Below, piece after piece: positions 8,503 through 18,580 of a DNA stretch of 64,000 nt. The position numbers and the translations under genes were made by a program. Position 1 is the stretch's first letter, and every line of letters begins with the position of its first letter. Source of the stretch: Spirochaetia bacterium (lineage in GTDB: Bacteria; Spirochaetota; Spirochaetia; DSM-27196; Salinispiraceae); NCBI GenBank assembly GCA_038204425.1, contig JBBRCZ010000002.1, positions 1 to 64,000 of the forward strand, given 5' to 3'. The notes beneath the pieces were generated by a model. The model did not search any database and was not told the DNA's origin. It worked only from the letters and a program-made list of their open reading frames with translations.

Positions 8503-11168
8503 TGAAAAATAGAGAATCTTTCTTACTAATAGTAGGTCCGGCCGTAATCTGGATAGTTTTGGCAGTGATGATTTCACTGGGCGTAACCCAAGGACTTGAT
8601 TGGAAGATGCAAGATTTTTTGACGACTGTTCGCCCAGAGCCCAGCATTGATCCCGATCTTTTGATGGTTGATATAGATGACGGTTCCATTCAAGCAAAGG
8701 GGCTCTGGCCTTGGCCACGTAAAATTTTGGGTGATGTGCTGCTTCGGCTCAAGGAGTTTGGTGCAGAATACATAACCTTTGATATTGAGTACATTGATGT
8801 TGGCATTTCTGGCTTGGATCTTGAGAACCGCAAACGGAACTCAGATCGCTTGCTTCAGGAAATGCTCGATCTGCAAAAGGGAGTTGTCAACGGTCTGATT
8901 GGTGCTCGCGAAGCTGGCGACTACACCAGGCTCGCTCTCGACGAGGGGATCCGCGACCTGATTCCTGATAATGACGAATACTTAGGAAAGGCTATTTCTG
9001 TTTTTGGAAACAGTTTTGTAACGCTCAATATGCGTGTTGGTTCCGAAAACAATCCAATAGCTGAAGAAGCTTTGGTGTTTGCCCAAGATCAAGTCTTTTT
9101 GCCAGAAGTAAGTGGAAATCTTGACAGTTTGGTTACTGCCGAAAACCTTGAAATGAGGGCGACTATTCTTAACGTTCTTAGTCGATCACAAGGGGCGGGT
9201 TTTGTTGACATGGATCCCGATAACGACGGTGTAACTCGTAGGGTTCATCTTTTGTGGCGCTATAAAGATAAAGTTTATGGACAGCTTGCCTTCTATCCAC
9301 TTTTGCATAAATGGGGCAACCCACCCATAGAAGTTTTTTCCGACAAAATAGTCGTCAAGCGTAGCAAGTTGGATTCAAAAGTCCCCGATGTGGTAATTCC
9401 GCGCGGTGAAGACGGCCGAACGCTCATAAACTGGGCGCGTGGAACCTATGACCAAACTTTTAAGCACGTAACCGTTAGCCAATTTTTTGAAATTGATCGT
9501 TTGGAAAAAGAAATCGGCGATTTGGTTATAGCTTTGAGAGATTCAGGTGTGCTTAGTCTATCTCCTGGCGGGGATTTTTCAAACATGGTTGATCAAATCG
9601 CGAGCATGTACATTGAGGCCCACGACAACGAGGATCGCTTGTTGTTTGGACAGTATCTCGAACTCAAAGGTGACTATCTTGTCAAAGTTGCTGATTTTGT
9701 TTCTGAAGAAAATCTTAGCCAGATCAATACATCGCTCGAAGGACTAATAGCGGAGCAGAGACAACGAGGAAACGATGTTGCTGCAAAGGACTTACAGACA
9801 GTAGTTGACAATATTCAACAATATCTTGGCTTTCTGAAAAAGAATTTTGCGGCTCTCAAACAATCTCGTGCGGAACTTACTAAGCTAGTAAAAGGTAGTT
9901 TTGGTATAATTGGCAATACGGCAACTAGCACGACAGACTTGGGCGTCAATCCTTACGACTCACAGTATGAAAACCCAGGCGTTCACGCCAACGTTGCCAA
10001 TACAATCATTAGTGGTAATTTTTTGGATGAAACACCAAATTGGTATGGAGCGATTATTGCTGCCTTCTTGGTTCTGTTAATTGCCTTTCTTTTGTGGCGA
10101 ATCAAAAACACTGTCAATGGACTTATCGTCGGTTTTGCAACCCTTGTTATTTCGGCTTTTGGCCTGTCGATGGTGTATTTTTTTAGTGGACTATATGTGC
10201 CAATAATTGGTCCATTAATTGCAATGGTGGTTGCTTTTGTCTATCAAATAACGCTCAAATTTGTAAATACTGATAAGGATAAACGCTTTATAAGGACGGC
10301 GTTTGCATCTTATTTGTCGCCTGACGTTATTAAAGATATTGAGAAAGACCCCAAGAAACTTCTCTTGGGCGGAGAAAAGCGTCACATGACAGCAATGTTT
10401 ACCGACGTCAAAGGATTTTCTACTTTTTCTGAGAAACTCGCGTCAAACGACTTAGTTTCCTTGCTCAATGCCTACCTTACTGGCATGGGTGACATTATTC
10501 TTGACCAACGCGGAACTATCGACAAGTACGAAGGTGATGCAATCATTGCTTTCTGGGGAGCGCCAGGCGATCAACCTGACCACGCCACTCGAGCTATGCG
10601 TTCGGCCGTTTGGATGAGGCGCAAAGAGACAGAGATGAACGTTGAGTTTTTGGCCAGTGGCCTCGCCCCATCACCTCTGTATACTAGGATTGGTATCAAT
10701 ACAGGTGACATGACGGTTGGCAATATGGGAACTCAAAATCGTATGAACTACACCGCGATGGGCAATGCAATGAACTTGGCTGCACGGCTGGAAGGTGTTA
10801 ACAAACAGTACGGTACTTGGATTTTGACCAGCGAAACCAGTCGCAAAGAAGCGGGCGATGAGTTTCTGTTTAGGGGACTCGACAGGGTTAGGGTAGTGGG
10901 TATCAATACGCCTGTTAGACTCTTTAATGTTGTCGAAGAAATGAGTTATGCGACTCAAGCAATGAAAGAAATCGTTGGGCACTTTGAAGAGGGCATCGCC
11001 TTGTTTGAGAATCGTGAATGGGCAAAGGCTATTGCCAAGTTTGCTACTGTCTTAAAAATTGACGCAGAAGATGGCCCGGCCACCGTCTTCACCGAACGCT
11101 GTAAGAAATTTACCAAAGCACCACCACCTGAAACATGGGACGGTGTCTTTAGTTTGACAGAAAAATAG
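8502..11168 (+). CDS. CHASE2-domain class III adenylate cyclase with C-terminal TPR-like tail
   Basis: VDIDDGSI..WPWPR, DPDNDGVTRR, PGVHAN (CHASE2); 3 TMs; FTDVKGFS, IDKYEGDA, RIGINTG, YTAMGNAMNLAARLEG. The K and T residues point to ATP specificity. Confidence 0.93.
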   Translation: MKNRESFLLIVGPAVIWIVLAVMISLGVTQGLDWKMQDFLTTVRPEPSIDPDLLMVDIDDGSIQAKGLWPWPRKILGDVLLRLKEFGAEYITFDIEYIDVGISGLDLENRKRNSDRLLQEMLDLQKGVVNGLIGAREAGDYTRLALDEGIRDLIPDNDEYLGKAISVFGNSFVTLNMRVGSENNPIAEEALVFAQDQVFLPEVSGNLDSLVTAENLEMRATILNVLSRSQGAGFVDMDPDNDGVTRRVHLLWRYKDKVYGQLAFYPLLHKWGNPPIEVFSDKIVVKRSKLDSKVPDVVIPRGEDGRTLINWARGTYDQTFKHVTVSQFFEIDRLEKEIGDLVIALRDSGVLSLSPGGDFSNMVDQIASMYIEAHDNEDRLLFGQYLELKGDYLVKVADFVSEENLSQINTSLEGLIAEQRQRGNDVAAKDLQTVVDNIQQYLGFLKKNFAALKQSRAELTKLVKGSFGIIGNTATSTTDLGVNPYDSQYENPGVHANVANTIISGNFLDETPNWYGAIIAAFLVLLIAFLLWRIKNTVNGLIVGFATLVISAFGLSMVYFFSGLYVPIIGPLIAMVVAFVYQITLKFVNTDKDKRFIRTAFASYLSPDVIKDIEKDPKKLLLGGEKRHMTAMFTDVKGFSTFSEKLASNDLVSLLNAYLTGMGDIILDQRGTIDKYEGDAIIAFWGAPGDQPDHATRAMRSAVWMRRKETEMNVEFLASGLAPSPLYTRIGINTGDMTVGNMGTQNRMNYTAMGNAMNLAARLEGVNKQYGTWILTSETSRKEAGDEFLFRGLDRVRVVGINTPVRLFNVVEEMSYATQAMKEIVGHFEEGIALFENREWAKAIAKFATVLKIDAEDGPATVFTERCKKFTKAPPPETWDGVFSLTEK

Positions 11169-11197
11169 CACGCGTTAAGAAGCATAGTTGCCAATAG

Positions 11198-11234
11198 AAA
11201 GGGCTTGTCCACTCGCTGGACAAGCCCTTTTTTT
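11198..11234. terminator. Bidirectional terminator
   Basis: aaagggcttgtcca/tggacaagcccttt stem with T-run between convergent genes. Confidence 0.85.
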
Positions 11235-11251
11235 GGAACTGAGAATAGACT

Positions 11252-14200
11252 CTAGAAGGGTCTATCTGCCACATACTTGAGCTGCTTGTATGAGTCGGCA
11301 ACTTCTTTTTTGAGTGCCTCAAGGTACTTGGCTGCCACAACCGGATCTTGCATCTTTAATTGCTTGAAGCGAATCTGGCCATAGATGTGTTCTTCCAAGG
11401 CATCTATCTGTGGTTCTTTGCTATCCAACTGGAAGGGGTTTTTGCCCTCTTGCGCCAAAAGTGGGTTGTACCTAAATAATGGGAACATACCTGTTTTGAC
11501 TGCCATTTCTTGGCTATCCATGCCAAAACGCATATCCTTAAATCCGTGCGCTATACAGTGTGAGTAAGCAATAATTATCGCTGGACCCGGATAGGCTTCG
11601 GCTTCTTGGAAGGCTTTAATGGTCTGAATGCGATTATAGCCCATGGCAATCTTTGCCACATAACAGCTGCCGTAAGTCATCGCAATGCCCGCCAAATCTT
11701 TCTTGTGCACCGCCTTGCCGCCAGCTGCAAACTTGGCGATTGCTCCCGTCGGAGTAGCTTTGGACATTTGTCCACCAGTGTTGGAGTAGACTTCGGTGTC
11801 CATAACCAGAATGTTGACCTTGCGGTCGCTGGCAATAACGTGGTCGAGTCCGCCAAAGCCGATGTCGTAAGCCCAACCGTCGCCGCCCAAAATCCAGACC
11901 GATTTCTTGACTAAAAAGTCAGCCATAGACAAAATCTCTTTAGCTTCCCTGCTTCCGTTCTTACGAGCTTGAACTTTAAGGGTGGAAACATTGCTACGCA
12001 TCTGCTCTATTTTTGCTTCGGTTTCTTGTCCATTGTCTTTGATGGCAGCCAAGACGCTGCTATCAACGCCAGTGCGATTGTCGGCCAAGGCACGAGCTAC
12101 CAACTCAAAGGCATACTTTTGCTGTTGGTCGGCGGTCAGTCTAAAGCCAAAACCAAACTCAGCAGCATCTTCAAACAAACTGTTAGACCAAGCGGGACCA
12201 GGCTGGTCGTTCTTGCCATTGTTGCGTTGAACGTAAGGGGTAGTTGGCAAGTTGCCGCCGTAGATTGACGAACACCCCGTGGCATTAGCTATTACTGCGC
12301 GGTCACCAAAGAATTGCGAGAGAAGCTTGACGTAGGGAGTTTCGCCACAACCAGCGCAAGCGCCTGAGAACTCAAACAGTGGCTCCAAGACCTGGCTACC
12401 GACCGTAGTGTTCTTTTTAACTTTTTCGCGATCGGCATAGGGAATAGAGAGGAAAAACTCCCAGTTCTTGTTTTCTTCTAGTCTGAGTTGGGTAAGTGGT
12501 AGCATTTCTAGAGCCTTGCGCTCGGTCTTTTTGCCATCAGCGTCTTTAGCATGAGCGGGGCAAATATTGAAACAAGCCATACAACCTGTGCAGTCTTCAG
12601 GACTGACTTGGATGGTAAACTTTTGGCCAGGGAAGTCTTTCTTGAGAACGGCTCCAGCATCACTACTCTTAAAGGTGCTTGGGGCTCCCTTAAGTGCTGA
12701 TTCTTCGTAGACCTTCATGCGGATAACCGCGTGCGGGCAAACTGCAGAACAGTCACCACATTGGATACAAATTGCTGGATCCCACGATGGAATGGTTTCA
12801 GCAATAGCGCGCTTCTCGTATTTGGTAGTGCCAACTGGGAAGGTTCCATCGTCTGGCAGCTTGCTGATCGGCAACTTGTCGCCTCGGTTGGCAAGAATTT
12901 CGCCTGTAACTTCCTTTACAAAAGTTGGCGCACTGACTGGTACCCAGTGGAGCATCGATATGGTGCTTTCTGCAGTCTTTGGGTAGTCAACTTTGACCGT
13001 TGATTTGGTTGCCACGTCTACCGTTCTAATATTGGCGTCAACGATGTCCTGGCCCTTCTTGGTGTAGGTCTTAATAATCGCCTTTTTGATGAGTTCCAGG
13101 GCTTGTGCTTCGGGCAAAACGCCAGAGATCTTAAAGTAAGCGGTCTGCATAATAACGTTGGTTCGATTGCCCATGCCACATTCTTCAGCAATCTTGGTCG
13201 CATCAATAACGTAGAACTGCAGTTCTTTTTGAATAATTTGTTTTTGAACTTCAATCGGTAGTACCGCCCAGATTTTGTCAGCCGAAAAAGGACTGTTGAG
13301 CAAAAATACTCCACCTTTTTTGGCGATGTAGAGCATGTCAACTTTTTCTATGTAGCTATATTTGTGACACGCAACAAAGTTGGCATCACTAATTAAGTAC
13401 GGACTCTTAATAGGCTTTTTGCCAAACCGCAAGTGACTCACCGTGATAGTGCCGGCTTTTTTGGAGTTGTATACAAAGTAGCCCTGAGGGTACATGTCGG
13501 TCGCGTCGCCAATGATCTTAATTGAGTTTTTGTTAGCACCAACTGTACCGTCTGAGCCCAAGCCAAAGAACACGGCGCGGTTAACATCGTCACCTTCTAT
13601 AGAAAAGGACGCATCCCAAGGCAAACTGGTATTGGTAACGTCATCGTAGATACCGATCGTAAACTTGTTCTTAGGTTCACTCAGTTTGAGATTTTCGTAA
13701 ATAGCAACAACCATGCCCGGTGTAAACTCAGCCGAGCCCAAGCCGTAGCGACCGCCAACTGTTTTGGGATAGGCCTTAAACTTTGCCTTGCCAGCCGCCA
13801 TAATTTCACCAATTGCTGTGCGAACGTCTTCGTAAACAGGTTCACCCAACGAGCCTGGTTCCTTGGTTCGATCTAGGACAGCAATCGCTTTGACTGTTGC
13901 AGGAAGCGCATCGACCAAGTGTTGGGCGCTAAAAGGTCTAAAAAGACGGATCTTAACCAGGCCGACTTTTTCACCCTTTTTGGCTAAGTAGTCGATGGTT
14001 TCTTCTATGGTGTCACAGCTTGAGCCCATGCTTACAATTACGCGCTCAGCGTCGGCTGCGCCGTAGTAGTCAAAAAGCTTGTACTGGCGACCGGTGAGTT
14101 TGGCAAACTTGTCCATCGCTTTTTGAACGATGGCTGGCGTAGCGTCGTAATACTTGTTGGAAGACTCACGGCTGGCAAAGTAGACATCTGGGTCTTGCGA

Positions 14201-14863
14201 AGTACCACGGATAACTGGCTTTTCGGGGTCAAGAGCGCGGGCGCGGAAGTCATGTACCAACTGGTCTGGAATCATTTCCCTCATCTGCTCATAGTTGAGA
14301 GCTTGAATCTTTGCGATTTCGTGTGAGGTTCTAAATCCGTCAAAAAAGTGCATAAATGGAATGCGGCTTTCCAAGGTAGCAGTTTGAGAGATCAAAGCAT
14401 TGTCCATACACTCTTGTACTGAGTTGGAAGCAAGCATGGCCCAGCCGGTCGTCCTAGCTGCCATAACGTCCGAGTGGTCACCAAAAATATTGAGGCCTTG
14501 AACTGCCAAGGCGCGTGCCGAAATATGAAAAACAGTTGGAGTCAGTTCGCCAGCAATCTTAAACATATTGGGGATCATCAATAGCAAGCCTTGGCTAGCC
14601 GTAAAGGTGGTAGTAAGAGCTCCGGTAGTCAACGCACCGTGAACAGCACCGGCAGCACCAGCTTCTGACTGTAGTTCTACCACTGTTGGCACCGTTCCGA
14701 AGATGTTCTTCCGGCCCTTGGCGCTGTATTCGTCTGAAAGTTCGCCCATTGGGCTTGAAGGCGTAATGGGATAAATGGCGATAACTTCGTTGGTTGCTTG
14801 GGCAACATGGGCAACGGCGCTATTACCATCCACTATCATAACTGTTGGTTCTTCTTTGGACAT
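11252..14863 (-). CDS. nifJ: Pyruvate:ferredoxin (flavodoxin) oxidoreductase
   Basis: AIYPITPSS, two CxxCxxC ferredoxin motifs, FSGACAGCGETPY, GGDGWAYDIG TPP motif; 1203 aa. Confidence 0.97.
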   Translation of the reverse strand: MSKEEPTVMIVDGNSAVAHVAQATNEVIAIYPITPSSPMGELSDEYSAKGRKNIFGTVPTVVELQSEAGAAGAVHGALTTGALTTTFTASQGLLLMIPNMFKIAGELTPTVFHISARALAVQGLNIFGDHSDVMAARTTGWAMLASNSVQECMDNALISQTATLESRIPFMHFFDGFRTSHEIAKIQALNYEQMREMIPDQLVHDFRARALDPEKPVIRGTSQDPDVYFASRESSNKYYDATPAIVQKAMDKFAKLTGRQYKLFDYYGAADAERVIVSMGSSCDTIEETIDYLAKKGEKVGLVKIRLFRPFSAQHLVDALPATVKAIAVLDRTKEPGSLGEPVYEDVRTAIGEIMAAGKAKFKAYPKTVGGRYGLGSAEFTPGMVVAIYENLKLSEPKNKFTIGIYDDVTNTSLPWDASFSIEGDDVNRAVFFGLGSDGTVGANKNSIKIIGDATDMYPQGYFVYNSKKAGTITVSHLRFGKKPIKSPYLISDANFVACHKYSYIEKVDMLYIAKKGGVFLLNSPFSADKIWAVLPIEVQKQIIQKELQFYVIDATKIAEECGMGNRTNVIMQTAYFKISGVLPEAQALELIKKAIIKTYTKKGQDIVDANIRTVDVATKSTVKVDYPKTAESTISMLHWVPVSAPTFVKEVTGEILANRGDKLPISKLPDDGTFPVGTTKYEKRAIAETIPSWDPAICIQCGDCSAVCPHAVIRMKVYEESALKGAPSTFKSSDAGAVLKKDFPGQKFTIQVSPEDCTGCMACFNICPAHAKDADGKKTERKALEMLPLTQLRLEENKNWEFFLSIPYADREKVKKNTTVGSQVLEPLFEFSGACAGCGETPYVKLLSQFFGDRAVIANATGCSSIYGGNLPTTPYVQRNNGKNDQPGPAWSNSLFEDAAEFGFGFRLTADQQQKYAFELVARALADNRTGVDSSVLAAIKDNGQETEAKIEQMRSNVSTLKVQARKNGSREAKEILSMADFLVKKSVWILGGDGWAYDIGFGGLDHVIASDRKVNILVMDTEVYSNTGGQMSKATPTGAIAKFAAGGKAVHKKDLAGIAMTYGSCYVAKIAMGYNRIQTIKAFQEAEAYPGPAIIIAYSHCIAHGFKDMRFGMDSQEMAVKTGMFPLFRYNPLLAQEGKNPFQLDSKEPQIDALEEHIYGQIRFKQLKMQDPVVAAKYLEALKKEVADSYKQLKYVADRPF

Positions 14864-14910
14864 GGTTATCCTCTTTTTTCTGTGGAATAGGTATTTTAGT
14901 TAACAAAGAA

Positions 14911-14959
14911 ATTATATACCTCATGTTTCGGTTTTGCAACGTCTTTTCACATAGTGAAA
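14911..14959 (-). promoter_or_regulatory. Sigma70 promoter of nifJ with upstream palindrome
   Basis: TTGCAA (14939-14934), 17-nt spacer, TATAAT (14916-14911); tttcac-ata-gtgaaa IR at 14945-14959. Confidence 0.65.
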
Positions 14960-14999
14960 CGCAATTTACAAAAAAGAGGCGCCGGAGGCTGGTTTTTGG

Positions 15000-16343
15000 C
15001 TATTTTTGCCCGATTGTGCCCTGTTGTGTCTTTTTGAACAGCTTTAGGTCGAGCAGTTCCTCAAGTAGAACGTTGAGTATCAGACGACCTGCCTTATTGA
15101 GACTGAGCTTGGTCTGGTTTGACTGCAAAAGAGATCGTTCTTGCAAGCTGGCTATCCATGGTGCAAGGGCGTTTTTGACGTACGGTTCATTCATACCACA
15201 GCGCCTGGCAGCCCTAGCAAGATCAAAGCCTGAACTAGTACGCAGACCTGTTATAAAGTGTTCTAAGAAAAAATCACTTGGCGCAATGAGTTCGGTCTGG
15301 TGTTCCCAATGTCTGCGTCCTGGTCGCGAATAGGCAAAGGCTGAGGGGTTGGTCAAGCGCATGCTGGCAAACTGCTTAGATCCGTCGGCCAAAGCAAGTT
15401 GACAGTCTAGTGTGCCAACTGCCCCGGGGCCAAGTCCGATATAGGGCGCGAGTTGCCAATAAGCAAGGTTGTGCTGACTTTCGCAGCCGGGACGAGCATA
15501 GTTACTCACCTCGTAGTTGAGCAGTCCATGTTCTTCCAAAAAACCGTCAGCCAAAAACCAAAGTGCCTCTACGGTATCGTCGTCGAGTGCTTGTTCACTT
15601 TTTGTCTTAAGCAAGGCTTCTAGTGGGGTTCGTTCCTCGACCGTAAGCGTGTAAAGGGAAACATGGTCAGGTCCAAAGTCGACAATTTTTTTTAGGTCAC
15701 GCAAGAGGCTGGCATCGCTTTGACCGGGAAGTCCGCACATTAGATCAATGTTGACCTTGCCGGTCCATGTTTGGTCGCAGCGAGCATGGGCGAGCATGGT
15801 TAGGCAACGTTCAATATCGGCTTGACGTGCTTTGCGACCTAAGATGCGCAGTTGCTGGTCATCAAAGGTTTGAACGCCAAGACTTAGCCGATTGAAGCCA
15901 TGGCGAGATAAAACAGACAGCTTGTCATAGTCCAACGATTCCGGATTGGACTCAAAAGCCGCTTCAAAACTGTCACAAACATGAGAGTTGAGTGAGTCAA
16001 GTTGCCAAATGCTGTTAAATGACGTCAAGAACTGATCCAAGATGTCGGCGGGAATTACGCTTGGCGTGCCACCACCAAAATAGACTGATCGTATGCTGGG
16101 TTGGCAGGTCGCAAAAAGCAAGCTCTGCCATTGGCGTGACTCTTCTAGTATGGTATCAAGGGTGCGCTGCAAGACCCTCTCAGACCAGCCCGTTTCAAAG
16201 TAGAAGTTGCAGTAACGGCAGCGACATTCACAAAAAGGAATATGTACGTACAAGCTCAGTTCTTGCACTGGGCTGGGGTGTAAATCGTAGCCCAGTCGCC
16301 AAGGGCCTGGCGCTTGAGTCTTGACTGAATGTTGAGTGCTCAT
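15000..16343 (-). CDS. hemW: Radical SAM heme chaperone HemW (HemN-like)
   Basis: SLYVHIPFCECRCRYCNF, YFGGGTPS, NRLSLGVQ, YEVSNYA, HNLAYW. Confidence 0.88.
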   Translation of the reverse strand: MSTQHSVKTQAPGPWRLGYDLHPSPVQELSLYVHIPFCECRCRYCNFYFETGWSERVLQRTLDTILEESRQWQSLLFATCQPSIRSVYFGGGTPSVIPADILDQFLTSFNSIWQLDSLNSHVCDSFEAAFESNPESLDYDKLSVLSRHGFNRLSLGVQTFDDQQLRILGRKARQADIERCLTMLAHARCDQTWTGKVNIDLMCGLPGQSDASLLRDLKKIVDFGPDHVSLYTLTVEERTPLEALLKTKSEQALDDDTVEALWFLADGFLEEHGLLNYEVSNYARPGCESQHNLAYWQLAPYIGLGPGAVGTLDCQLALADGSKQFASMRLTNPSAFAYSRPGRRHWEHQTELIAPSDFFLEHFITGLRTSSGFDLARAARRCGMNEPYVKNALAPWIASLQERSLLQSNQTKLSLNKAGRLILNVLLEELLDLKLFKKTQQGTIGQK

Positions 16344-16588
16344 TGCGATGTGCCAAAGGTGCTTCTTTGGGAATGTTTGAGTCGTCTGATTTGTAGTGAA
16401 TAGTTTAAAACCAGCAGACCGGCTATACCAATGCTCGCTAAAATGGAACTTGCAAACAAGAACTCGTCAAAAGCAAGTTTGTCTGGGTTGGTATCTGCCA
16501 AGGTGTTGAACATCGGAAGCCAAATTAAAGCCAGTCCGATTAAAAGCAGCACTAGTAACTTGACCCTAAGAAAGCTGCGCCTTTGCAT
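16340..16588 (-). CDS. Small two-TM membrane protein
   Basis: Two hydrophobic helices; stop overlaps the hemW start. Confidence 0.55.
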   Translation of the reverse strand: MQRRSFLRVKLLVLLLIGLALIWLPMFNTLADTNPDKLAFDEFLFASSILASIGIAGLLVLNYSLQIRRLKHSQRSTFGTSQ

Positions 16589-16627
16589 GTGGGTTAGTGT
16601 ACTTTATAAAGCAACTGACAAACAAGT

Positions 16628-16651
16628 AAAAAAACCACCCTTGCGGGTGGC
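16628..16651 (-). terminator. Rho-independent terminator
   Basis: On the - strand gccaccc-gcaa-gggtggttttttt. Confidence 0.8.
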
Positions 16652-16668
16652 AACTGTAACAAAGCAAG

Positions 16669-16873
16669 TTAAAGTTTAGTGTGGGGACCGGTCAACAAAC
16701 CAGAGAAGGTGACTTCACTGCCAGATACGGTGTAGGTAAAGTCAAAGGTTAAAAGCTTAAGTGCCGTGAGCCAATATTTGCCGGTGCCACCAGTTGCCAA
16801 CCAAGGCTGTGTCAATAAAAAGGTATGTACAGTCGACACGCAATTGCAGGAGCTAAGGACAATCCTTTTGCAT
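16669..16873 (-). pseudogene. Relic paralog of the small lipoprotein at 30600-30914
   Basis: Manual translation gives ATGGTGKYWLTALKLLTFDFTYTVSGSEVTFSGLLTGPHTKL*, aligning to ASAGTGSYWVEGAEIVKTEFTYAISGTTLQF...EKL*. No in-frame ATG; followed by its own terminator. Confidence 0.65.
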
Positions 16874-16894
16874 TTTCTATTTTAGTTAAACAAG

Positions 16895-17410
16895 TCAGAT
16901 CCACCTAACTGTCGTTCTCCAAGGCTTGCGTTCTTGCAAAGTAGCCTTTTGATTGGTTTTGGCATAGCCGAGCGGGGTTAGGCCAAAGACTTCTTGATCT
17001 TGGGCAAGCTCTAAGGCTTGGGCCAAGACATCTGGTTCAAAATTTGAAATCCAACAAGTGGCCAGTCCCACATCTGCGGCGGCAAGAACAAAGTGGTACA
17101 GATAAATGGCTAAGTCGGTTTCAAGTGAGTTGTAGCCGTCAGAAGGGCGCGTCCAGGCGTCACGGCGAAAACCACTGACAGCCACAACAATTGGGGCGTT
17201 CATAAACCAGTCTCTTGGATAGGCAGCATGTATTCGGTCTAAACCGGGTTGATTCTTTATTACTAGGATCTTCCATGGTTGTAGATTGACAGCCGACGGT
17301 GCGTGAGATGCCGATTCGAGCAAGTGCTCTAAAAGTCCTTGATCAACTGCTCGTTCAGGGTCAAACGAACGGGAGCTGTGACGTTCTTTAGTCAGATCTG
17401 AAAATTGCAT
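16895..17410 (-). CDS. Nitroreductase family protein
   Basis: RHSSRSF, APSAVNLQPW, GLATCWI, PLGY; start at MQFSD preferred. Confidence 0.92.
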   Translation of the reverse strand: MQFSDLTKERHSSRSFDPERAVDQGLLEHLLESASHAPSAVNLQPWKILVIKNQPGLDRIHAAYPRDWFMNAPIVVAVSGFRRDAWTRPSDGYNSLETDLAIYLYHFVLAAADVGLATCWISNFEPDVLAQALELAQDQEVFGLTPLGYAKTNQKATLQERKPWRTTVRWI

Positions 17411-17546
17411 AGTGGCCTCACAGTAACAGACAATCACGTGAGGGTCTGCACTTTGTTGACGATTTGGGACTTTGCTTTGCGATCAAATAGGTATAGCATA
17501 GCAATGTTTTTGATCGTCTACTATTTAATCTACAAAGAGGTATCGC

Positions 17547-18539
17547 ATGGATTTCTTAAAAAAGCTGGCTGATGAAGCCAAAAAACTAAACAAATCAATA
17601 GTATTTCCTGAGGGTAAGGATGTCAAAATCCTAGAAGCAGCTTGGCGCCTCAAACGAGATGGCCTCTTGGCACGGGTTGGTGTGATAGGACTGCCGGCTG
17701 ACTTAGAGGCCGCTGCCAAAGTTTGTGGGGCGGACTTGTCTCTATTGGAGTGTATTGATCCGGTAAGCGACAGCCATTTTGACGAGTACTCTGTCTTGTA
17801 CGCAGAACTACGCAAACACAAGGGTATCAGCCTCGACGATGCCAAAGCCAAAATTGTCGCTACAAACTATTACGGCGCCTTATGTGTAAAAACCGATAGG
17901 TTTGACGGCATGGTGGCCGGTATCAATACCGAAACCAAACCATTTTTACCAGCCTTTGAAATTATCAAAACCATACCAGGACTCAGCAAGGCCTCGTCGT
18001 TCTTCTTTGAGGTATTTAAGGACTTTGTACTTTTTTACGCTGATTGCGGTATGAACCAAGATCCAAGTGAAGAAGATCTGGCAGAAATAGCAATTGCCAC
18101 CGCCATCTCGGCCAAGCAGTTTTGGCACCAACCACGCGTGGCAATGTTGTCGTACTCAACCCGTGGCAGCGCCAAGCATCCCTTGGTGGACAAAATGCGC
18201 AATGCAACGCAAAAAGCCAAAGATCTAGCAAGATCAATGAACCTAGAAATAGACATAGACGGCGAGCTACAATTTGACGCTGCATTTGTGCCATCCGTCA
18301 CTCAAAAGAAAGCGCCCGATTCGCCCTTTGTAAACGCACCCGCCAACATTTTCATCTTTCCTGATCTAAATGCCGGCAACATCGCCTACAAAATAACCGA
18401 ACGCCTAGCCGGTGCCATGGCCCTCGGTCCCATATTTCAAGGTCTCAACAAACCAGTCAATGATTTGTCCCGTGGTGCTAACGTTGAGGATATTGTTAAT
18501 GTAGCTTTGATAACGGCCATCCAATCCCCGAGCTCGTAA
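17547..18539 (+). CDS. pta: Phosphate acetyltransferase
   Basis: IVFPEG, YADCG, VAMLSYST, DGELQFDAA, FPDLNAGNIAYK, PVNDLSRG. Confidence 0.95.
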   Translation: MDFLKKLADEAKKLNKSIVFPEGKDVKILEAAWRLKRDGLLARVGVIGLPADLEAAAKVCGADLSLLECIDPVSDSHFDEYSVLYAELRKHKGISLDDAKAKIVATNYYGALCVKTDRFDGMVAGINTETKPFLPAFEIIKTIPGLSKASSFFFEVFKDFVLFYADCGMNQDPSEEDLAEIAIATAISAKQFWHQPRVAMLSYSTRGSAKHPLVDKMRNATQKAKDLARSMNLEIDIDGELQFDAAFVPSVTQKKAPDSPFVNAPANIFIFPDLNAGNIAYKITERLAGAMALGPIFQGLNKPVNDLSRGANVEDIVNVALITAIQSPSS

Positions 18540-18580
18540 CGCGGCAATTACCGCGCAAGTGCCAGTGCGTGCCTGTCTAT

